From the NCBI RefSeq assembly GCF_009914755.1, contig NC_060941.1: 64,000 nucleotides of DNA, one strand, 5' to 3'. Below, piece by piece: positions 1 to 14,935 of the stretch. Origin of the DNA: the human T2T-CHM13v2.0 reference genome, Homo sapiens. Numbering within the stretch: position 1 is the stretch's first letter; each line of letters starts with the position of its first letter. The translations under genes were made by a program, and so were the position numbers. The notes under the pieces were generated by a model that saw nothing but the letters and a program-made list of their open reading frames with translations, had not been told where the DNA came from and did not search any database.

Positions 1-332
<332 letters not shown>

Positions 333-793
333 TCAGGCCTCAGCATAATAAGGGGGTTCTGAATCTGGGGGAGGAGGAAAGGTAGATTCTCAGGACTCCA
401 GGCAGGGCGCGTCCCTCCCCTGGGGCGTGGTCTGGCTCCTGGGGGCTGGTGTCTGTTCTCAGCCCTCAGTAGGAACCCTTCCACTTCACATGGGCTGCCT
501 GTGATGTCAGCATCGCCAAGCCCTGTCCCTCCTGCCATCTCCCCATCCGCACATTCTGTGTCCACCGCAAGCACCTTCAGGTGGCATCGGTCCATCTGAC
601 GCGTGCTGAGAAGGCAGTCCGGCCCGCAGGCATGGGGCCGCCCCTCCCTGCCCTTCCTCTCTGCTCGGTCATGCTGTGATTATGCTGAGAACTGACAGCA
701 CCTGCAACCTGCATTTTTATTAATTAGATAACACAAGTCTTCTATAATTTTCATTTTTATTCCCCACCCCCCCCCCACCGCCACTCCACTTAG

Positions 794-957
794 AGCGGAG
801 GTTCTCAGAGTGGGGCCCCTGGGCCAACAGCCTCTGCATCAGCTGGATTCTCGTTGGGATCACAGAGCCCGGGGCCACCCCAGATTGTGGGGCAGCAATC
901 TGTATTTCACAAGCCCCCAATGGACTCTGATGCAGGCTAAGGTTTGAGAGTCACTGA
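794..957 (+). mobile_element. MER5A-like hAT DNA transposon
   Basis: GGTTCTCAGAGTGGGGCCCC...CAGCAATCTGTATTTCACAAGCCC...CTCTGATGCAGGCTAAGGTTTGAGAGTCACTG resembles recalled MER5A consensus. Confidence 0.75.
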
Positions 958-1047
958 TTTAGAGTAAAATTTTGGTTTCTGTTTTAAGCAAATTCACTGA
1001 AAGTAGCCAGTTATCCTTGTTAAAAAGGCTTTCAGTGTTTCCCTATT

Positions 1048-1460
1048 TTAGGGGTCTTGCTGTCTGCCCAGGCTGGAGTGCAGTGGCACAATCATACCTC
1101 GCTGCAATCTTGACATCTGGGGCTCAAACCAACCTCCCACCTCAGCTCCTGAGTAGCTGGGACTACAGGGGCACACAACCATGCCTGGCTTTTTTTATTT
1201 TTTAATTTTTTGAAAGAAAGGGTATTTCTATATTGCCCAGGCTGGCCTTGACTCAAGCAATCCTCCCATCTCAGCTTCCCGAGTAGCTGAGACTACAGGC
1301 CCTTGCCACCACGCCTGGCTAATTTTATTTTTTGTAGAGACAAAAAAGTAAGACTCACGTTGTTGCCCAGGCTGGTCTCAAGCTCCTGGTCTCAGACAAT
1401 CCTCCTGTCTCGGCCTCCCGAAGTTCTCGGCGCGCAGGTATGAACCCCCACGCCCAGCCT
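1048..1460 (-). mobile_element. Old AluJ-type composite (three monomer-like units)
   Basis: Three GCCCAGGCTGG motifs with two T-rich linkers. Confidence 0.8.
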
Positions 1461-2177
1461 TCCCTGCTTTATGGTCATTCACACCTGAGGCCTGAGTTGC
1501 CTTCAACAAGCCCCACGGGTTACCTGAGTGGCAGGTGTAACTTAAGGCTGAGGTTCTCTGCTTAGCCACAGGCAGAATCACCTGGGACGCTTTGAGAATT
1601 AAGGGCACTGGAGGGTCGGGGCCAAGCGTGGAGGCTTTCAAAGCACCTGTTTGGGTCCAAGTACACACAGGGTGGGGAATCTTTGCTCCATGGGTCCACG
1701 CTCCTCAGAAGTGACCCTTGCTGCTCTGGGTCTATTTCAGCAGAACCATCACCAACCAAACAAATGAGAAATCAGGGCGGATTGGACTCAGAGACAAATG
1801 CTTTCCGGTGAGCAGCCAGGCGCACAGCAGAACGATAGAGGAGCGCTCAGAACTCGGGAGTACCTGTCACCTCTGCCATGGTGGCTGGGCTCGCTCACGG
1901 TGACTGTTTCCCTAGCAGGAGAGACCCTGGCTGTGACCCTGCAGCCTGTGCCTCCTGCTGCTGCAGGGAGAGAGGGAGTGCCCGGCGCCTACCTGGGCTT
2001 TTCCGGGCCGTCCGTCCGCTCATCATGCCCCTTGCCCCAGCTCACTTCACATCTTCGCTGGGTGGGGATTCAAGGACAGGCTGGGCTCTAGGAGGTCAAT
2101 GGTCCCTCCCCGGGCTTCCAGCATGTTGTAGCTCAACTTCTACCAGACATCTGGAAATACCAAATTTCTTTCCTTAA

Positions 2178-2551
<374 letters not shown>

Positions 2552-2889
2552 TAAACCCTAAACTGTATTATAGAATAATCTCTTCCTCAGTGACTTGGTT
2601 TATAATATATTGGGAAAAAAAAAACTCTATGATGAAAATCAAGTGCTGTAAGTTAAATATCTGAGTCCAAATGATGTCAAAAAGCGGCAAGGCACTGGGC
2701 TTCCCCCATTCAGAGAGCACCCTCCCCTTCCTGCCCCGCGCTTCTGTTGACCTTTGGTCCTGTTTGCAGGAAGCTCTCAAGTTTAACTCTGAACTTGAAG
2801 GGAAGGAAGGGAGTGAACCACATGGCCCTGGGGTCGGGGCCTCTGGCCGAAGGGCGCTCAGCTTGGTCTGTAAAATGAAATGTGTTTTG

Positions 2890-3180
2890 AATGTCATGAG
2901 TCAGGAAAAAAGAATTTGAGCGCAGTCTGGAAATGAAATTTCCTGCCTGTGGTTTGACTCACGTCTGTCTGTCTCGAAATCTACCCCAAGGACATTTATT
3001 CCACTGTGACAGGGCTCATCTCTGAGGAGCACCAGACTCCTGCGGTGGGGAGGGAAGATTATCCGCGCTGCAGAGACTAGCTGGCCTCCGGAGGCCGCCT
3101 CCTGACCCCGCGTCAAGCACCGCGGTGGATGGCGCAACCCAGCTTTGGGAATTAATTACCCAAGGCGCGTTTCCGTGCAG
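2890..3180. promoter_or_regulatory. Candidate enhancer: AP-1 x2, ETS-IRF (EICE), kB-like, RUNX motifs plus CpG-rich patch
   Basis: TGAGTCA 2897-2903, GGAAATGAAA 2929-2938, TGAAATTTCC overlapping it, TGTGGTT 2948-2954, TGACTCA 2955-2961; 13 CpG in 3041-3180. Confidence 0.5.
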
Positions 3181-3223
3181 TCTGGCCTCCCTCCCTGAAG
3201 GCTTCTTAAGCAATAGGGAACTA

Positions 3224-3621
<398 letters not shown>

Positions 3622-3984
3622 TTACTGCCTTTCTTGTCTTGCCTGGCTAGTGCTAAAGTATGTTGAGGAAGGAAAAAAATTATTTTTTACGATTTCAAAG
3701 TTAGTTTTATTTAGAAGTTTTATTGAGGACTAGAGACCGACCACAGCCTGGGAGAAGTCTTTTAGAGGGGGTTTGTCGGACTGTTTTGAAATAGTGTTTT
3801 AATTTACAGTTTATATACAGGTAGTGGGGGTTTAGTAGGTGTAAAATTATATTAAAGCTTGGGTATAAGAGTATATCTGGTTGTAGATTATAGAATAATT
3901 ATTAAAAATGAAAAATAAAATCCTGAGCCTCACCACCAACTGAATGAACCCCCTCTTGGCCAAGTTGACCACACAGTCACCTGA

Positions 3985-4301
<317 letters not shown>

Positions 4302-4483
4302 TATCCCCTCTCTTTTGGAGTTTAGGCACAGATGACCAGCACTAAGGTTAGAAAAGAGATCAGAAGTCTGGCAGAAGAGACTCCTGTGGCAATGAGATAC
4401 CATGTTCCAACTTGGCCCTGGTGTAGTATCACATGACAGATGGCAGACCCTGAAGGAAATCAAAATATTTTACCCCACAATAT

Positions 4484-4765
4484 ATTTTTTTCTTTTTTTT
4501 GGAGACAGGGTCTCGCTCTGTTGCCCAAGCTGGAGTGCAGTGGCACATCTCAGCTCACTGCAACCTCCGCCTCCTGGGTTCAGATGATTCTCCTGCCTCA
4601 GCCTCTCGAGTAGTTGGGATGACAGGCGCCCACCACCACACCCAGCTAATTTTTGTATTTTTAGTAGAGACGGGGTTTCACCATGTTGGCCAGGCTTGTC
4701 TCGAACTCCTGACCTCAGATGATCCGCCCGCCTAGGCCTCCCAAGGTGCTGGGATTACTGGCGTG
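4484..4765 (-). mobile_element. Alu (AluS)
   Basis: Antisense Alu inside the MER4 LTR. Confidence 0.95.
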
Positions 4766-5207
4766 ACATATGTTGAAACGGCCCTACAAAGCTGTCTTTT
4801 GTGAGGGAAATTTGCATTCTGTAGAAAAGCACCATTAATGCAGCCAGGTCTTTCCCAGATCTAGGAAATACTAAGAGTCTGACACGTTTAAGGTCTGAAA
4901 AGAGACATTGACCACCTATTTCCTCTGAAGGCTGTTACCTGGAGATTTCATCTATACAACAAGAACCTTGGTCTCCACAACCCCCCTTATCTTAACTCAA
5001 GCATTTCTTTCTACTGACCTCAAGACTTTAGCCAAAGCTTAACTCTTTCAACCAATTGCCAATTGGAAAATCTTTGAATCTTCCTGTGACCTGTAAGCCC
5101 TCCAACTCCCACTTCAAGGTATCCCACCACTTTAGGCTGAACCAATGTATACGCTCCATGTACTGATTTATGTCTTTGCCTGTAACTTTGGTCTCCCTAA
5201 AATGCAC

Positions 5208-6030
5208 TGTAAACCAAAAATACAATTCTAAGCTCCCCCATCATCTGAATGGACCTCTCCTCTTGGCCAAGGGCTTTCCAAAGTCAACCTGAAAAACAGT
5301 TCAACACTTTAAACATTTTAGCAAAACTATTACTTCGTTATGTTCCAAATTATTCCATTCAATTCAGAAGATATTTTCTGAGAGTGCCTATTACACGGAA
5401 AAGGTAATCACAGAATCTGTTACACAAACTGGGATACCTTTTTTTTAAGAGACAGAGTCTCGCTATGTTGCCTAGGCTGGTCTGGAACTCCAGCCTAGAA
5501 GGGGATGTTGGACATGCCTCATTATGTCCTCTTCCCTTTGGAACTCAGGCACAGCTGACCAGCAGTAACATCAACACAGAGACCCTAAGACTGATAGAAC
5601 AGACTCTTTAGATCTGATAAGAAACATTTACCATCTATTCTCTCTGAAGCCTGCCTCCTGGAGGCTTCGTCTGTGTGGTAAAACCTTGGTCTCCACAACC
5701 CCTTATCTTAACCCAGACATTCCAGGTCTTTAGAGAATAGCTCTTTAAACCAATTGCCAATCCGAAAATCTTTGAATCTACCTATGACCTGGAAGTCCCC
5801 CCAACCCCCACCCCGACTTCCAGTTGTCCCGCCTTTCTGGACCCAACCAATGTACATCTTACGTGTAATGACTGATGCCTCATGTCTCCATAAAATGTAT
5901 AGAACCAAGCTGGAACCCAATCACCGTGGACACACGTTCTCAGGATCTCCGGGGGCCACTGGTCACTCATATTTGGCTCAGAATAAATCTCTTCAAATAT
6001 TTCACACAGTTTGACTCTTTTTTGTCAACA
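5208..6030 (+). mobile_element. MER4-family (MER4B/D-like) LTR, inner
   Basis: Begins TGTAAACCAAAAATACAATTCTAAG, has AATAAA, ends TTTTTGTCAACA (TG...CA termini). Confidence 0.8.
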
Positions 6031-6223
6031 GTATAAAACCAAATTGTAACTTCACCACCCTGGGCACACTTTCTCAGGAACTCTTGAGACAGTTCTGCCA
6101 CTGTGGTTGCTCATGTTGGCTCAGGATAAGCATCTCTGAATATTTTACAGAGTTTGGTTTTCTCATCAACATTGTGACTCTCATCAGTGGTTACCATGTG
6201 TGTAGGAAACAACAAGGGGTCAG

Positions 6224-6605
<382 letters not shown>

Positions 6606-6997
6606 AGGTCAGGTATTTTTTAAGGAATATAGTGACTTAGGTAAGAGATGTTGAAGGGGCAGGTGTTTTGTTTTGTCTTTTAAATATTTTTGTGGAGAGT
6701 TACATGTCAGCACAGAGTCAGGGGCTATGCGAAATTATGCTCACAAGCAGAAATGAGTAAACACGGCTTTTTATATTTATTTCATTTTGTAAGTTTTCTC
6801 TTTTGCTCATAAATCCACCATCCAGTTATGTTTATAAGACCAGTGTTGACTGTCTCATGGTTAGGAAGCTTCTTTTTTAGGAAGACATGTAATTTGTACT
6901 TGTAAGGAATGAGTATTGGGCCCAGTGTGTATATTTGTCTATTTATCGGAAAATATGTTTTGGATTATATCTATTTTTTAATTAATATGAGCTGGCG

Positions 6998-7147
6998 TTT
7001 TTTTTTCTGAGACAGGTTCTCACTCTGTCACCCAGGCTGGAGTGGAGTGATATGATCGCAGCTCACTGCAGCCTTGACCTCCCGGGCTCAAGTAATCCTT
7101 CCACCTCAGCCTCCTGCATAATGGGACTGCAGGCACATGCCACCATG
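6998..7147 (-). mobile_element. AluJ right-arm fragment
   Basis: GAGACAGGTTCTCACTCTGTCACCCAGGCTGG...CACCATG. Confidence 0.9.
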
Positions 7148-7400
7148 ATCAGTGTGACACACTGGCCTCCTGGCCACATCTGCACTGTAGCAAACGGCTT
7201 CCTGAGAGAGGAAAATGCAAACTCCTCATCAGGCTGCAAACTCTCTGTGGCTGGAAATTTGTAAACTCTGAGTTCTCTGAGTTTGCTGAAATGCAAAAAC
7301 TCTGAGCTCACAGCTGCTCACAGGGATTTTTGAGGATTTTGCAAGGGGCTAGGTCTGCCCCTAACCCTTCCTTCAAGTTCACAGCCTACCTTAGGGGTGG

Positions 7401-7606
7401 CAGAGGTCAGCAAACCTCCCACAAAGGGCCAGGGTGTACTTTAGGCTTTGAGAGCCAGATGATCTCTGCGGCAGCATTTCAACTCTGACACTGGAGTTCT
7501 ACAGCAGTCACAGACAATATGTAAGTGAATAGGCGTGGCTGTGTGCCAATAAAACTTTACTTAAAACAGGCAGAGGGCTAGATTTGGGTCCGCTTCAGTC
7601 ACCCCA
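7401..7606 (-). mobile_element. MER58A hAT-Charlie DNA transposon
   Basis: CAGAGGTCAGCAAAC...GGCGTGGCTGTGTGCCAATAAAACTTTA...AAAACAGGCAG...GATTTGG. Confidence 0.8.
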
Positions 7607-8169
7607 GTAATTGGGAGAGGCAAACTCCCATTTCTAAACTATTCCTCTCTGTTGCCTTCTCAGAAACTTTTTGCCTGCTATTGTCCCTACCCCCACTTTC
7701 TCCTCGTCTACCAGCTCGCTGCCACCAAAATGCAAATATGCCATAGAATCCCGCATCTCAAAAACAAGACAAGGCCACCTCCCTCCAGCTGCCACCCCCC
7801 TCCAGCTGCCACCCCATCCCTCTGCTTCAAGTAGCGGATTCAAAAAGCCCATAGCCCACCCACTCCTCAGCCGCCTCTGTGGCTTTGACCTCCATCCTCA
7901 CCTTCTCTAAACCAGCTCTCATCAAAGTCCCATACAGATCCCTCCAACCATTTTTGCCTGGGGCAGTGTGTGTAGCCAGGCCAGCAGGCCCAGGGGGCAG
8001 GTTAGGGAGGTTCAGAGCACAAGGAAACAGGAAGAGGAAAACCTTACTTAGCCTTTCAAAATGTTTACTGACCTCATAGAAAGCCCTAAAAAAGGCAAAT
8101 GGTTAGTTACCGGGCTGGCTGGGCCTTGCGTGCTGGCATCTGTTGGTTTACAGCATGACTGGTATTTAG

Positions 8170-8257
8170 AATGACCTGGAAGCTCCCAACTTCGAATTGT
8201 CCCAAACCTTTCCAGACCGAACCAATGTATACCTTATATGTATTGATTGATGTCTTA
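8170..8257 (+). mobile_element. Isolated MER4-family LTR fragment
   Basis: ATGACCTGGAAGC...GACCGAACCAATGTA...TGTATTGATTGATGTCT. Confidence 0.7.
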
Positions 8258-8574
8258 TTTACCCCCAGAAGTTCTATAGGTTATACACCTCCCATTTTGT
8301 CAGTTGCTGAGACTATTGAATTGCAGAAAATGTACACCTCATGTCTCGCAAACCTATGAATCGTCACAGTGGTTGCTCCGTGGTCTTTGCCTCGTATCTG
8401 TTGTCTAAACCCAAGCCCCAATGGGGACATATGTTCTTATCCAAAATGTCCATTTTCCTCACAAGGCATAAGCCAGAGATCTCTGAAATCCACACAGCCA
8501 AGCTCCTCAGGGTCCATGCTCAGCCATCCACATCACAGCATAGCATCTGCGGCAGAATCACTGAAGCAAGAGCG

Positions 8575-8921
8575 GCAGTTTTGGGAGGGTCAGAATCTTG
8601 TCACTTCCAGCCACGTGACTCCTAAACCACGATTTCTAATCTTGTGGCTCATGTTAGTCCTACAAAGGCAATCTAGTCCCCAGGCAAGAAGGTCTGCCTT
8701 GGGAAGGGGCTGTTATCGTCTTTGTTTTAAACCATAAATCATATAGTTATAAACTATAAACTAAGTTTCTCCCAAAGCTAGTTCAGGAATGAGCTTTGGA
8801 ATGAGCTCATTCCACCCACGGCCAAGAATGAGCAAGGACAGCTTGGAGGTTAGAAGCAAGATGGGGTCGGTTAAGTCAGATCTTTCACTGTCTCAGTCAT
8901 CAGTTTGCAAAGGCAGTTTCG
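8575..8921 (-). mobile_element. LTR8 5' half
   Basis: Reverse complement of GAAACTGCCTTTGCAAA...GACTGAGACAGTGAAAGA...CTTGCTTCTAACCTCCAAGCTGTCCTTG. Confidence 0.8.
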
Positions 8922-8958
8922 ACACCACACTGTCACGATTACTGGAGCTTTATAGTAA

Positions 8959-9331
<373 letters not shown>

Positions 9332-9620
9332 GTGTTCTTCTTTTCAAAGGCGTTTTGGTTAGCCTAGGTCCTTCACATTTCCATAGCAATCTTAGAATCA
9401 GATTGTGAATTCCTATTTTTAAAAAATTATCTACTGGCATATTTGTCAGGACTGCAATAAATCTGTAGATCAACTTGGGGAGAACTGACATCTTTACAAT
9501 ATTGAGTCTTCTGATCCGTGAGCATGGCGTATCTCTCCATATATTTAGGTCTTTGAAATTTTCTCTTAACAAATGTTTGCAGCTTTTAGTCAATAAATTG
9601 CTACCCAGCAGATATTTAAA
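9332..9620 (-). mobile_element. Old L1 ORF2 fragment
   Basis: Translation KDLNIWRDTPCSRIRRLNIVKMSVLPKLIYRFIA resembles L1 ORF2p downstream of the RT domain. Confidence 0.9.
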
Positions 9621-10286
9621 CACACACACACACACACACTCCACTTCTGTAATGCCAAGATAATGTCTTAACAATGAATGAGAAAATAACTACTTTTGAA
9701 GCAAATTCTTCCTACAGATCACACTGTTTTGAAAATAGATGTTGGGAAGTATCTCTATGGTTATACTGTTTTTGTTGCCGAATATGATCTAACTCTTTCA
9801 CTTATTAGAAACTCTCATATTTGTATACTTTCAATCATGTTGTTACTTCTTTAGAAATCCTCAAGGGCTAGTACCATTTGTTTACAAGAAAACCTGACTG
9901 ACGTGAAGAGAAATGGAAATTTCCTAGTCACATTTCAGGGGAAAAATCATTGCATTATTGGTAGCTGAAAATGAACAGTGAATACCATGATGTAATCAAC
10001 AGAGCGAATGATGTAACTCTATCCGTGGGGTCTTATTGGGATTCAGCAAGCTGTGATAAGACCATATGGTGCACAACTAGAAAGCTCTTTTTGTTCATGG
10101 CAGCAGCTACCAAAATATCCCAGAGGGGAGAGCTAGCCCCCCCCACCTCCAATCTCACAGCCAGATGATCATAAAGCAAGGCTCGGAGCAGAGTCTACCA
10201 CACAAAATGGCATTTATTATACAAACAGTAATCAGCAGAGCAGGCACCAAACATTCATATGTCCTGCAAGCATGACCGACATCTAA

Positions 10287-10686
<400 letters not shown>

Positions 10687-11235
10687 TAGGACTCCTGCTG
10701 CAGCCACCCCTAAGGGGTGAAGGGTGCAGGCCGGGGGGACTCTTCCACCCTGTCTGCGCAGGGGCAGGGAAGGTCTCCAAACCACAGCGGACTCACATAC
10801 CCTGGTGGTCATTAGCCAGTCTCTAATCTCAACAATAGAAAAGAAGCTATTTTTGACACCCTTTTGGCAAAGTGCCGGTTGCAAATGGGGATGCCAATAG
10901 CAGGACTTGTAGTCACCACCTCGAGAGGGTGGCTCTTTCTGATAAAACGCCGGCTGACCACCTGGCCTGTGCCTATGAGAGTGCAAGTAAGTCAATGACT
11001 AATTCGTCAAGTTAAAGCTTCAACCTTCTCACATACATGACATCACACTAATGATGGTGGGGTGTTTTCGAGTGAATTACAGACATTGTAATTGACACAT
11101 TTAATTTCTTACAGTCACTTTCCTCCTCTGCCAGCTATTCAAGCCAAAAAGCGAATCTACTGTGAATTTTAGAATGACTGCCAAGAAACACAAAAGTACA
11201 GCCCTGGAGACAATCATGGAGATGAAATGAAATCA

Positions 11236-11553
<318 letters not shown>

Positions 11554-11814
11554 CCTAGTCTGAAAGAAAGCAGAGAAACAGGGGAAGCGAATGAGAGATG
11601 GATGGAACAAGTTGAAAACAAATAGCAAGACAGTAGGTTTACATTCATTCCTATCAATGATTACATTACACAGCCAGGCCTGAGCTGAGAGTGAAGGTGG
11701 GGGTGGAGGTGGGGGTCGGGGAGGAGAGATGGGGATGAGAATGAGGATGAGGGAGAAGCTCTTTAGCGGGTGAGAGACTGAAGTTATGATTTAGACCTTT
11801 GGATCTTTTTAAAA

Positions 11815-11816
<2 letters not shown>

Positions 11817-11855
<39 letters not shown>

Positions 11856-12145
11856 TTTGAGACAGGGTCTCACTCTGTCACCCAGGCTGGAGTGCAGTGG
11901 CATGATCACGGCTCACTGCATCTGTGACCTGCTGGGCTTAAGTGATCCTCCTACCTTAGCCACCTGAGTAGCTGGGACTGCAGGCATGCACCACCATGCC
12001 CAGCTAATAGTTTAAAATTTTTTTTTGTAGAGACGAGGTCTCATTGTGTTGCCTAGGCTGGTCTCAAACTCCTGAGCTCAAGCAATCCTCCCACCTCAGC
12101 CTCCCAAAGTTCTGTGATTATAGGCGTGAGCCACTTCATCCGGCC
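11817..12145 (-). mobile_element. AluJ with (TTA)n tail
   Basis: (TTA)n at about 11817-11853; TSD GACCTTTGG. Confidence 0.95.
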
Positions 12146-13218
12146 GACCTTTGGTCCTTTTAATGCCCAAAAATGAGAAATCCTGTGAAGAAACCCACAT
12201 AGCTGGGAACCTGCCCAAGGTCACACACAGCTTTACTGAAATGGCATCACAGCGAGAACCTGCGAAGGTCCAGGTCGGGAGATTCCAGCGTCATGACCAG
12301 GCTTGGTGCTGAAGGACACCCAGGGGCCCACCTTTCTCTGATTCCTAGTAAGGAAAAGTACAGAGTGCTCATGAACTCCAACTTACAAACAGCTGAAAGT
12401 CTCCCCTACAAGGCAAATAGAAATGACTGCTGTCAGCAGCAACGCTGATCTAATAGCAACTACATCTCTGGATTTGCAAGACAGATGACACCTGGGGGTT
12501 TTAAAGATGGACTGTTTATGGGGTGCGTTCATTCATCACTGTTTCTTCAACACATCACCAACTGCTTGTGAGGTCCTGGGCTGGGGGCTGGGGGAACTTG
12601 TTTCTGAAACCCTAAGTGTGTTTATAAAAGAGCAGGAATGTGCCTGCCTAGGGTGGGAGAGGATGGGGCTCCCCAAAGTCATCCAGCTCCGTCTGCTCTT
12701 TGTCCACGCAGGTGTCTCACATGCTGGTTCTGACAGTTGTTTCCATGATAGAAGGAATGCCTGGACGAAGGAAGCTTTTCCCCCTTGGAGACATCTAAGC
12801 CTGTCTTGAGGGCCCGAGGCATTTGGCTCAGCTCCCTCTCCCAATATGCATGTTGCCCACCAGGGACTTCAAAATCTGAGTGGGGGCAATGCTGGCTCCC
12901 AGGCCCCTCCCAGGACCCCTTCTCATCCACCCCGACAAGGTTGAGCAGCCGGGGATTTGCAGAGCCGCAGGGTCTACAGGCGAGGAAGACACCCATGAGC
13001 TTCATTAGGGCAAAGGCTTTGCTCCCTCTTGAATCCTGGCACCTGCCACAGTTCTTGGACCAGAGCTGGCTCAAGAAATATTTGTACAATGAATTAATTA
13101 TTAATTAACAAAAGGTTATGCAGAAATCATGACTGAAACCTAAAAATCCATTTACACTGTGAGGGGTCTACTCACCCACCCAGGAACACTCCACGTGGAG
13201 GGGCACTGTGGGCTCCAC

Positions 13219-13523
13219 AGCAGGGAGGGAGCACGGAGGCCAGCGAGGCCCTCGCCTGGGGTGCACAATTGAAGGGGGCCCCCAAAGCTCAGTGACAGAG
13301 ATAACTCATATTTAAATGCAATATTTGAAGAAAACCAAATTTAATGCAAACATTCATGATAACAAAATATCCAAATTTGCCATAAAGACAGGATTAGCGA
13401 TAGTGCTGTAGCTGATATTGGAACCAGAGGCAAAAGGAAGAATCGGTCACTCTGGCCCAACCCCTTGACTTCCCACTGATTTTGTGCCCAAGGAAAAATT
13501 GCACCCACCTAGTCTTGGCACTG
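13219..13523. mobile_element. MER96B-like hAT MITE, right arm partly deleted
   Basis: GAGGCCCTCGCCTGGGGTGCACAATTGAAGGGGGC...ACAAAATATC...TAAAGACAGGAT...GAGGCAAAAGGAA. Confidence 0.55.
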
Positions 13524-14255
13524 CTAGAAAAAGAAACCAGGAGGGCAGAGAAGAAAAGAAAACCCCAAACCTCCCTTGGCAACAGATGGCAGAGATAAGG
13601 GGCTTCTTAACCCCAAAGGTGGCGCTGGCTAAAAACAGGGACACACAGGGGTTCAGCAGAGGCCAAGGTAGATTTAGAGCTGGGTTGTTAGGGGTGCTTG
13701 GGGTGTATTCATCTGCTTTCGAATTTTAGGTCATGGGAGGCACTGAGGCCCTCTGTGCAGTGAGACCCATCAGCTCTGATAGCTGAGCCATCGCCGGATC
13801 CGTGGGACAGTTCCCATTCTGTATCACAGTGTAGCCCCGGATAAGTGCGTAGGAAGATGCTTGGGCAGAGGATGCCAGGAACCAGCACCCTGAGTGGGCC
13901 TCCCTCCCCTCTCAGTACCCCTACCTCCAAGCTCCCTGGCTTTTCTAGGCTGCCTGGCTATCTCAAACCGTGGAGGCAGAGAGCTCCTGGGGGTCATTTT
14001 AGTCCCTGCAGAGAGGACCGCATAGGGCTCTGGCAGTCACTATGGAGGCCACTCGGGAAACCCACAGTGTGGCCCTCCGTTCCCACCCAAGGGTGTAGCG
14101 CCTCCCAGCACCTGGGTCTGCGAGTCCTTCCCATTGGTGCCATGGTCTTTGGTGTTCCTGGGAACTGCTGTCCATCAGAGCACGATGCCGTGGAATTCGT
14201 GGGAACCCCAGTCCCAGGATCCTGGAGAACTTTCTCACTTAGTGCAAGAGATCAA

Positions 14256-14935
<680 letters not shown>

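Noticed and set aside
8170-8257. MER4 fragment as a local copy of the LTRs at 3.9-6.2 kb
   Set aside because: It lacks the private variants of either nearby copy, so it is family-level similarity only.
9980-10060. Possible C/D-box snoRNA (two ATGATG)
   Set aside because: The C boxes are imperfect (ATGATGT), and I see no properly placed CTGA D box or terminal stem.
13575-13630. CTCF-like motifs (CAGATGGCAG, AGGTGGCGC; also at about 30040)
   Set aside because: They mismatch the 5' core and cannot be supported without PWM scoring or ChIP data.
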